DNA of 64,000 nucleotides from NCBI RefSeq assembly GCF_000315625.1, contig NW_005434557.1, positions 157,807 through 221,806 on the forward strand, read 5' to 3'. Positions 1-9,818 of this stretch are shown here, one piece after another. Both the position numbers and the translations under genes were made by a program. Numbering within the stretch: the first letter of the stretch is position 1; the number at the start of each line of letters is the position of its first letter. The notes beneath the pieces were generated by a model. That model had not been told where the DNA came from. It did no database searches and was given only the letters and a program-made list of their open reading frames with translations. The DNA is from Guillardia theta CCMP2712. Taxonomy: Eukaryota; Protista; Cryptophyta.

Positions 1-2289
1 TGCTCCTCCTCATAGCACCGCAGCGCCATCGGGATGCGTCGCTGATTTTGTGGGGGAGACGACCAATTACACATACACTTCATCGGGAGGTGAGGAGACT
101 CGTCAGCCTGCTCTGCATCTCATGCCCCACTCAGGCCCATTCTACTCTCCTTCCACCAAGTTCTACGTCTCTCCCTCCATCCATCATGTCGTCATAGGAA
201 AGCTCCGCCCCTCCAAGTTCTACCACTATCAGGTTGAGCCCCATCTTCGTTCCTGTCTGCCTCAGCTCCTCCTCACGTGCCGTCGGTCAGGTTGGCGTCA
301 AGCAGCGCAAGGCCATTGCAGCAGGTCGCGCGCCCTCACTCCTGGCGTGACTGGGCTGAACTCATGGCAGGGAACGACCAATATAGAGACACGGTCTTTC
401 GTTTCAGGACTCCTCCTGCTCCAGGACAAGCCCCCAGGTTTGTCATCCTTGCTTCCGTTGCTCCTCTTGCTTCCTTTTCTTCTGCTCCCGTGGCGTGTTG
501 TGCATGCCGCTGATGGAAGATGCCAGCGCTCAGCTTACTGGATCCGAGGTAATGAAGATAGTCGTCATCGGCGACCTCGGGCAGACCATTCACAGCCAGG
601 TGAAGACGAGCAGGAGAGGGAGGGAGGGAGGGAGGGAGGGAGAGGAGAAGCGAGGGAGAGGAGAAGCGAGGGAAGGGAGAGGGAGGGATCGGAAGCTGAG
701 GAGGAGGAAAAGGAGAGAGGAAACAGGGAGGGAAGGAGGGAGGGAGGGAAGAGAGAAGGAGGGAGAGGGAGGGAGGGAGGAGCTCCTGACTCGCTGGGTA
801 TTGCAGCATACCATGGAGAAGGTGGAAAGCAGCTTGAGAGCATCTGAGAATTCCTACGCCATGAGCTGGATCATCGGAGACCTTCCTTATGCTGACGGCG
901 ACGGGCACAGATGGGACCCGTGGGGGAGGATGATGGAGCCAGCGTCCGCAAGGTCGATCCGCCTCCTCCTTTCGCGTTCTTCCTCTCCCTGACTTGCTGC
1001 TAGTCTGCCACTCATGGTCCTTCCGGGCAATCACGAGATCGAGCTCGACGCGCAGACGGCAGAGGTGAGGAAGAGGAAGAGGAGGAGGAGGAGGAGGAGG
1101 AGAGAGGGGAGGGGGTTGAGGAGGAGGAGGTTGTTTTCTGCGCCTGAAGCCTCTGCAGACCTTCACAGCGTATCGTCACAGATTCAGAATGCCCAGCCAG
1201 CTGCCGGAGAGGACGGGGCCAGCACGGGGCAACGACATCCTGTACGAGGGAGGAGCAAGCTTTTACAGCTTTGAGCTGGGCCTCGTCCACTTTGTCTGCT
1301 TGAACACCTACAACACTCGGGGAGCGATGCATGACGTCTCCTCGGATGTGCAGCGGAAGTGGCTGGAGGAGGATCTCAAGGCGGTTGACAGGAGGAAGAC
1401 GCCGTTCGTGGTTGTCGGGATGCACGCGCCCTTCTACAACAGCAACAGGAACCACCAAGGGGAAGCTGAGACCGAGCTGATGAAGAGCTGGGCAGAGCAG
1501 ATCCTGAACCGCTACTCGGTGGATGTTGTGTTCGCCGGGCATGTGCACTCGTACGAGCGGAACTGGGGGGTGGCGACGGGAGGGAAACTTTCGTCCTCAG
1601 CTCCCTCCTACATCAACGTGGGAGACGGAGGGAACCACGAGGGCCTCTACGACGATTGGCTGCCGCAGCCTCCATACTCGGCCTACCGCAACGGCAAGTT
1701 CTTCGGGCACGGCGAGCTGTCTGTCTTCAATGCCTCGCACATGCGGTGGACTTGGATCCCCAACCCGAAGCAGGGAGAGCAGGAGGAGGACAGCGTGTGG
1801 ATCGTCCGACCCGTCAGCAGCGGGAGCAAGCAGCAGCAGCAGCAGGATACCATCCTGACCAGCGGAGAGGAGGGAAGAAACCCGCCTAGCCCCATGTCAG
1901 CCGCTCTCCCCCTCACCCTCCTTGGATTCGTCCTCGGTGCTTTCGCGTACGTCATCAGCAAGAGGGTGACGAGGGAGGAAAGGGGAGGAGGGTCTTCCTA
2001 TGAAGTGTCAAGCGCCCCGCTGCTCAAGCAGGTACCTTCATATCCCTTCCCTCCTTTCTTAACCCCCCTTTACCCTTCCCCTCACCCACCCCCTTTGCCT
2101 CCTAGGGGTCCCTGAGATCTTTCGCAGTCTCCAGCTGATATCGAGGTGAAGGCAGAGAGCTCAAGCACTCGTCTCATGCACGATCACACCTACGTGAGTC
2201 GAACTTTCCTGACCCCCCCCCACCCTCCCCACTCTCATCCAGCTCCTCCTCTCCTCCCCTGCCTCACTCCTGCGGTGCTGCAGGCATGA
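1..2289 (+). CDS. Purple acid phosphatase (metallophosphoesterase) with C-terminal TM segment; multi-exon, 5' end outside window
   Basis: All five PAP motifs across exons: GDLG (~570), GDLPYADG (~876), PGNHE (~1023), VGMHAPFY (~1414), GHVH (~1537). Also YINVGDGGNHEG, FN3-like HHVVIGKLRPSKFYHYQV, hydrophobic LPLTLLGFVLGAFAYVI. Last exon cag|GCA TGA at 2284-2289. Confidence 0.9.
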
Positions 2290-2399
2290 GCGTGTTGTAG
2301 CTGGCGGGACTTCAAGAAGAGACTCTCACGCTTCACTTCACTGCAACTTCTCCGTTTCTCTCCCCACGTCCACAGGCCTCCGGGCAACGGGCCAACCCC

Positions 2400-2462
2400 T
2401 AGAGGGTCTCGGGCGACAGCCAGTCCAAGGACTTTTGCGCTTGTCGCCGTCATGGCCTCCCG
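2400..2462 (-). promoter_or_regulatory. Eukaryotic SECIS element (type II) in the 3' UTR of the DsbA-like gene
   Basis: Minus strand reads ggaggcc-ATGAC-ggcgacaagc-gc-AAA-agtccttggact-g-gctgtcgcc-CGAG-accctct: AUGA/GA core, ~10-bp helix II, unpaired AAA, apical minihelix agtcc/ggact. Starts ~60 nt after the stop codon. Confidence 0.85.
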
Positions 2463-2523
2463 CAGCCATCGCGCCATTTAGACAAGGGGGAGGAGGAGGA
2501 GGAGGAGGAGGAGGAGGAGGAAA

Positions 2524-4009
2524 CTAGTCTAGAACCTCGCGGAACACCTGCTCGAAGACCTCCGGAGGCTGGGCGCCTGAGAGTCCCTCCTGCATGTCTG
2601 TAAGGAGGAGGAGAGGGTTGAGCTCGTTCGCACCTCTCCATTGATGATGAAGAAGGGAACACCAGAGACGCTGCGGCCGAACTTCTTCTTCTCGGCCTCA
2701 ACCTGATCACTGTGAGAATAAGAGCAGAAGAGGGGGAGGGAGAGAGGGGAGGGGGAGAGGGAAGTAGCGACAGGAGTCGTGTTGGAGGAAATCACAGTGA
2801 AGAGATTGAGGCATCAGCAGCACCTCCTTGGCGAAGGCCTGCGGGTTGGAGATAACGCCCGCTGCCTCCTGGTGCTCCTGTTAGCCCCGCTGTCCTTCCC
2901 TCTTCCTCTCCGTCCCCTAAGTTTCCTCCTCTACCTGTCGATCGAGACCGACTTTCTCCGCCGCCTGCCACAGCTTGTCACATGCTGAGGAAAAGGGTGG
3001 GGAGGGAAGGAAGGAAGGACCTGCTCCAGGACCTGAGGGTCTCCAATGTACTTCTCCTGCGAGAAGTAGTTCCTAACGCTTCATGTCAGCTCCTCCCCAG
3101 TCACCTCCCTCCACCCACATGAAGAGCTCTTCCATCAGCTCGTCCTGCTTCCCCTTGGTCCCCGCCCAATAGATCAGCCGGTGAGCTAAGAGAAGCGCGT
3201 CAGCTCGCCCCCCCCCCTCCCCTGCCTCCCTCCTCCTCTTCTCACAGTCGAAGGTGTTTCCCGTCATCCCACCCATGCTGAACTTCACGCCGACGCTGCA
3301 TCGCAACCCGTGAGGTCACAGGACGAGGGCGGACAAGGTTGGCTCACTTGTCGAAAGCCTGGGTGAGCCGGGGCATCTGCCATCCGGTCAGTCTCCTCCT
3401 CGTCAAGTCGCACGAGTGACCATCATGCGAACTCTGTCGGCCCCGAACTTCTCGTGGTACATCTCAAGCTTGTTCCGACCCTCCTTTGGAGCCTCAGGTT
3501 GAAGCTGGAAGGGTCTGGTGGCGAACAGGTCAGGGAGGGACAGGGAAGCATTGAGCTGCTCACCGCCAGTTCACTTCGAACTGAACTTGTGGGAATTTCT
3601 TCATCGCCTGCTCCAGGTGACGCTTTCCCACGAAACACCTGGAGGGGGGGGTAAGGGGCGACGAGGCTAGACGGGCCTCACCATGGTCAAATGGTGTCAG
3701 ACACGATGTCAACAACAATGCGCTTGGCGGCAGACATGTCAGCAGCTCCTCCGCCTGGCAAGTCGATCCATGAACACAAACACATCAGTGATCAGACATG
3801 TACTCACGTAGGTGCAACGCAGAAACAGTGGTGGGGCAATGTCGCTGAGGGGAAGCAACTAGTGCTGAAAGGCGCTTCGCATGCATGAGACAAGAGAGTC
3901 GGCGCGATTGCAAGGAAGGCGCAAAGGAGGATGATACTGCATGAGCACTGGTGATCAAAGCAAACAATCCAACACTGGGGAGGAGGCGCTTGCTGTGGAG
4001 CCGGAACAT
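2524..4009 (-). CDS. DsbA/FrnE-family thiol-disulfide oxidoreductase, selenoprotein (UPWC), with N-terminal leader; multi-exon
   Basis: Spliced reading: ...LHL|RGGAADMSAAKRIVVDIVSDTI-TGA(3689-3687)-P|WCFVGKRHLEQAM...GMTGNTFD..HRLIYWA...SVSGVPFFIING..LSGAQPPEVFEQVF, stop at 2526-2524. Matches the FrnE pattern DxxCPWC(Y/F)xGKRRL and the cis-Pro GVP loop. Upstream ATG at 4009, internal ATG at 3737. Confidence 0.88.
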
Positions 4010-5131
4010 GCTCAAGATGCCTCCGGTGACTGACAAGCTTGACAAGAGGAGAACTTCTGATGAAAAAGCGAACATCACAAGCATTTCAAGATCAGAGCGG
4101 GGTAACGGAATCATGAAGCATGTGAGAGTGGTTTGTAAAGCAGCATATTATGAGACCAGCAGATGAGAAGTGCATACAAAAGTTCACCCTTGAGTACCTC
4201 CCACTTCCTCCTCTGGTAATCGAACTGTGCGCCATATCCCTTGACCCTACTTCCTCCTTAGTCTCAACCCATTACTCTGTACGTCTTCTACTCACAACTG
4301 CTTTTGTCCTTCGCCTGGAGCATCATTCTCTCCTATGTTGTTCTTGTCAACCCTTCTCCCAGAACTCTCACGTCCATCAGTCTCTAGGAACCCATCACTT
4401 CTTTTCATATCATGGCATTCAGCTGTTTTCTTTGAATTTCTTGTTGAATACTATTCCACAACTTCCCTACGATCCACTTCTTCGACACTTCCTCATACCT
4501 GATTCTGCGCCCATTACACCTCATCCCAACCCTTGCCTTGGTGCCTTTGTCTTTCTACCTGCCTTCCTGCTTGTCTTCCTACCTGACGTCCTCCCTCCCT
4601 CCCTCCCTCCCTCCCTCCCTTCCTCCCTCCCTCCCTCCCTCCCTCCCTCACTCCCTCTCTCAGTCTTGGCACAAGATCATGGGACAGTATGCACCACCCC
4701 ACCCCTGCAATTTAATACCCCCTCTACCCTACCCAATACGCTCAATGCCCCTATCCCCTTGAAATTCAGTTGTAAGGGGGGGTGATGAAACTAAAAGATA
4801 GGATGAGGAGGGTGGGGGTACGTCTGTCATTCGTGAAAGGGAGTGGGGTGAAAGAGGCAAAGTTCGAAAAGGGGTGGTGGGGGTGAAAAGGTACCCCTTC
4901 ATTACTCTGATAAATACCTGGTTTTATAGGGGTACTTCCATGTTTTTGCTATCTGGGGGTGGGTGGGTCCGCGGTTCATCAATTGATGCGGGGAGGTGCA
5001 TCGATTGAAGCGGATCTGAAAGGAGGGGTCATTATGACCTCAAAAAGAGGGGTAGGGGTGAAAATCTCCAGTCACAGACTCTCTTGATGGCGATGGTGAT
5101 AGCGATGGCTGCGCAGGAATAGTATCAGGAA

Positions 5132-5366
5132 ATAGAGAGTCAAGGAGATGATAGTAGAGTCAAGGAGATGATAGTAGAGTCAAGGAGATGATAGTAGAGT
5201 CAAGGAGATGATAGTAGAGTCAAGGAGAGGATAGTAGAGTCAAGGAGATGATAGTAGAGTACACAAGGAGATGATAGTAGAGTCAAGGAGATGATAGTAG
5301 AGTCAAGGAGATGATAGTAGAGGCAAGGATATGATAGTAGAGTCAAGGAGATGATAGTAGAGTCAA
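5132..5366. repeat. 20-bp minisatellite (CAAGGAGATGATAGTAGAGT), ~11 copies
   Basis: Head-to-tail units start at 5141, 5161, 5181, 5201, 5221, 5241 and onward, with a few substitutions/insertions and no unique spacers. Confidence 0.95.
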
Positions 5367-5369
5367 CGA

Positions 5370-5930
5370 GTATCCTTGATATGGTTCCTCGACCCGTCCA
5401 GGTCCTAGTCCCGGGCCCTAGCCTGAAGGTTTCCTGAGAAACGGTCATAGGCTGGGCATGAGAAGGCCATCGATCTCCTTCCAACGCTCTCTGTCAAGGC
5501 GATCAAGCTGCTCCCTTGGTCTTGACAGATCCCTTCGGAGCTCCCTATAACCTTCTGTTCTCGAGGCTGTCCCGTGTCTTCCTCATATGGCCTCCCTGAG
5601 CAGAACAAATCTGATAGTACTGTCTTCCCTGATCAGACCCCTTGGCAAGGCCAGCTCTTCGAACGTGTAAGGGTTGAAGATGAACCTGGGCTCCCCACTG
5701 CCGTCCAGGATCTGCAGCGACCCGACACACCAGAAGGCCTGCTGCTTGATGCCCTCGTTCCTCTGCGCCGTGCTGATCTGGTGGGCGTAGTCCCCGCAGG
5801 CGCATCGGTAGATCGTGTTTGTCGTCACATCCGGCAGCTTGCAGTGCTTCTGGTCCAGGTCTGCAGGACGTCCATGAATCCGCACCTCACCCCGGACGCA
5901 TAGGCCAGCATCGCATCGACCGAATGACTT
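5370..5930 (-). pseudogene. Orphan intronless Cys-rich coding fragment
   Basis: Protein-like ORF segment HCKLPDVTTNTIYRCACGDYAHQI...AFWCVGSLQILDGSGEPRFIFNPYTFEEL with GC3-biased codons. No ATG, and the frame breaks near 5620. Lies between a minisatellite and a GC-rich block. Confidence 0.4.
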
Positions 5931-6252
5931 AGTATCGTGACAGGCGACAGCTCCAGACCGAACCGTTCTGCGTACGGTCACCGTATCCTACCCGCGGGTC
6001 AGGCTTGCCGGCCGGTCAAGCAGCGGCAGACCATGCTGAGCCCCCGCGGGGTAGAGCCGCAAGCACGCGCGGCCTGCGGCAGCCTCCGTCAGCACCGGGC
6101 CCGGGGATCACCGGGCGAGGCCGGCCGGGCTAGTCACGGTCGCACTGAGGACTTCGCAGCTTTAAGTTTACTCAGTAAAAGATTCACCCACACGTGCCGG
6201 CACCGCCTCCTCCGCCTACCCAGGAGACCCTGAGTCAACCGCAGTCAACCCG

Positions 6253-8523
6253 CTAGTCCACTGAGTCACTACCGCTCCTCATCTCACCCTGTTGCTCCTC
6301 CCGCCTGCTCGCACTGCTGGCCTTCGTGCCGAACGTTGTCTTGTCCTTGTCGAGGTATGGCTTCTTCAACGATCGCCAGATGTCGAACCCATCATACTCC
6401 TCGAACTCCTCCACGTCTCCTGCCGCAGCGGCTGTCGGTGTGCGGACCGATACTAGGGGAGAAGGAGGAGGATGAGGAAAAGAGCAGGAAGGTGAAGATA
6501 GTCGTGAGTAGGAGGAGCAGGAGCAGGAGCAGGACGGGTTAAGAGGGTGAAGAGAAGGAGTAGAAACCTATGTGATCCAGCCGGACATAGGTGTCGCATC
6601 CATGACCCTGCACCAGCATGACGGGATAGCCCGGCAGACAAGCCTCCCGTCTCCTGTCCTCCACCTCACCTCGACTGAATAGAGTTTCACGTCTCCTCCG
6701 AAGTACTGTACACCGTCAGCGACTCTCAGGTGCCTCCAACTCTGCACCTGAGCATAGAGGCGAGAAACAGGAAGGCCGAAGCCCAGCCCTGCCATGGGCG
6801 AAGTCTCGAGCACAGCTCGATCCACCTGAGCCAGGCCAACCACTATCAGCCCTCCTCTCAACAGGCATCGGCAACTCCACCATTCCCAGCCCTGCCGTGT
6901 CGAACTCGTCGTCGAGCCGATTCTCCTGGTTGCAAGTGCTGCGGGCGCGGCTGAGCAACTTGCTACCGAGAGGTCACGCGACGCCCACCTGAACCCGAAG
7001 TCGAAGATCTTGTTGACGAACTCGCGCGGCACTCCTCCCCCCTCATCCGAGATCCTGATCGTCATGTCCGACGGCCCTCGCGCGAGCAAGAACTGCCTCC
7101 GGCTCACACGGCGAGCGCAGGAAAGCATGTCACCTTGATGGGCGGCAGCCCGTCCTTGTTCATCAGGTGGCGCTCGCAGACGGCTCGCATCGCGTTCTTG
7201 AGGAGCTCAAAGATGATGTACTCGAGGTGCGTCGGGATGTAGCTGGCGGGACTTCAGCCATGGCCAGGGAGCGGGTCGGTCGCACCTGCAGAGGATGGAA
7301 GTGTCTCCCTCGACAACGTACTTCGGAGAGATGCCGTAGGTCCTGCAAGCGATCTTGAGCCCCGGGGGTCTCGATGCTGCGCACGAGACCTCTGGCAGAT
7401 GTTCTGTGCCTCTGGAGCAACGTGCTCGAGGACCTTGAGGGGAGAGAGCTCCTTGCAGATCACCCCGACGTAGCCTGTCACGTGTGGTCCTCACGTGACT
7501 CGAAGGGGGAAGGGTTGGATGCTCACCAGGCTGATGGTGGTGTAGGGCGATGAACTGTTCCGCGATCACTCGGCGACTTATCCGGCTCTGACACCCAGGA
7601 TAGTCAACTCGTGCTCACATGGAGCGAGAGCGGGAGCAACCATGATCATGTCTGCAAGGAATTTGTTGCAATTCAGTCGCTCTGTGCTCACTCGCAAGCT
7701 CGCCTCGTAGATTCCTCTGCACAACGTCATGAGTTCAGCTATGCATCAATTCAACATCAAAAGCTGACGCCGTCACCTTGCTAGAAGCGGAACAACCTGC
7801 ACGCCCTCTTGAACCAACTCCTTCAACAGCAGCACGAATTGCTCATCCTGACATGGTCAAATCACGCGCAACCCATTTCGTGCTCCCTCAGTACCTGGTT
7901 AATATTCACGACTTTTGGGAAATCCACAAGCTTTGCAAACGCGCGGTGGTATATCGCATGGACACTCTGAACCAGCAAGCCAACAAGGGTCAATCATACA
8001 GGTTGCCCAGTGGCTCCTGCTTGCCTGAATGTGCGGATTCTCAACAACAATGTATGGCAGGGTTTGTATGTCCAACAACCTTCTTGCCAACCTGATACAG
8101 AGCTCCCTAGTGTCCAGGATCACAAGACATTCGAAGTGGTAATAGGAACCTCTGAACGTGCTGGGCGATAGCGATCAGCCTCTCGTTATTCACTTTGTGC
8201 CCGGACGACATGAGCTCGTGTATGGTCAACCTAAGAGAGGGACACGAGGCCTCATCTCCGCAGCCTCAGCACGACAGCAGCAAGGTCACCGGTGAATGGG
8301 AAGCTCAGCATACTTCTGGATCGTTTGGTCGTAGAAATTCAACCGGATCCTATCGACACTCTCAGCACAACAACGGCCATAGTGCTCGCTACCTGTCCGA
8401 GAAGGCCCTCCTACCATCCCTCTTCCTCGGCTGGTTCCGCTGCCATCCACAGACGTGCGGGTACGGGGCGTTATCGCAAGGAAGCGCCCTCGAGCAGCTC
8501 CAACCAAGGCGCTGGAGTTTCAT
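6253..8523 (-). CDS. PDK: Mitochondrial pyruvate dehydrogenase kinase / BCKD kinase family; multi-exon
   Basis: Exons encode [50 protein letters not shown] (N box), [10 protein letters not shown] (G1), [21 protein letters not shown] (G2) and [10 protein letters not shown]. Confidence 0.9.
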
Positions 8524-8800
8524 AGCGCGTGAAAGAGCCCTAGGTATCAGCTCGTGCCAGCAGTTGAGCTCAACAAGTCATCTCGCCCTCCCAAATCTCA
8601 TCACCTGCATGGTTGTCATCCTAGTCATCGCATCCCCACCCTTCCTCGCTACTCCGATATCCTTTCTCTGGGTTCCTCCACCTCCCCTTCCACTTCACCT
8701 TTTTCTAACTCAGCCCAATCGCTCATCTTTTCTTGTCCTCCCAAATTTCATTTCTCACCCTCACGCTATTATCTCTTCCTCAATCTCGTGCCCTTCCTTT

Positions 8801-9225
8801 CCCTCCTCCTCCTCTCATCTCGCACAGCAAGACAGTCCACCGCCATCATGGCTGTTGACCTTCTCTCCTCGTGCTACATGTTGCATCCCTGGTAGGAGCG
8901 AGCAAGAGTGAAATCTCTTGCTCACTGTAGCAAATAAGATGCTCAAACACACACACACACATACACATACAGCTCCTCGTTTCTTGCTCTTGTCGACATC
9001 ATAGCAATGCTGCTGTCCTGATCTACATTCTCTTCCCCCCTCCCTCGCTCAATGTGCGCTATTACACACGTAAACCTCTATACCCTCCTCCTCCTCTCAT
9101 CTCGCACAGCAAGACAGTCCACCGCCATCATGGCTGTTGACCTTCTCTCCCCGTGCTGCATGTTGCATCCCTGGTAGGAGCGAGCAAGAGTGTAATCTCT
9201 TGCTCACTGTAGCAAATAAGATGCT

Positions 9226-9281
<56 letters not shown>

Positions 9282-9367
9282 GCTTCTCGTCCTCGTCTAC
9301 TTTCTCCTCTCTCTTGTCAACATCATAGCAATGCTGCTGTCCTGATCTACATTCTCTTCCCCCCTCC
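8801..9367. repeat. Tandem direct duplication (~245-285 bp units, offset 282 bp), each with a (CA)n tract and a 15-codon ORF
   Basis: 8801-9043 and 9083-9367 are near-identical (cgcacagcaagacagtccaccgccatcATGgctgttgacc...) and differ mainly in CA tract length. Confidence 0.9.
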
Positions 9368-9818
9368 TTTCCTCTCCATCTCTCCCTCTCCCTGGGCGCA
9401 AACCTGCATTTCGATACGACCAGAATACTTCGTTTACACCCTACCCCCTCCTTTTCATGTCTACCCCATCATGCACCTCTTGTGACCCGACCAAAAGCAT
9501 TAAAATGTACCCCACCCATAAGTACCCTACCTACCCCACAAACCATGTTACGATCCTTTCGAGTTGCAATTTATTTCCTCCACCGACACCGCAACCAACT
9601 CCTCCCCCCACCCCCCCCCCTTCCTTCCCCCCCCGCTCCTCCTCCTCCTCCAGCTCTTCTCCCTCCTCCTTCTCCCTTGACTTTCCCACTCATCTAGTCC
9701 TTAAGGGTCTCTTGCATCTGATCGTCAAGCCCTTTGAGCGCTGAGCTCGCTCGCTCTAGCAAACTCACTCGTTCTTGTTTTTCCTGCACGCCATGTCAGA
9801 CTCGACTCAAGGCCGACA

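Noticed and set aside
3687-3689. TGA as a pseudogene-causing nonsense mutation
   Set aside because: It sits exactly at the catalytic Cys, the gene is otherwise intact, and a SECIS lies downstream.
5132-5366. Possible CRISPR array
   Set aside because: Units are contiguous with no unique spacers, there are no cas genes and the context is eukaryotic. It is a minisatellite.
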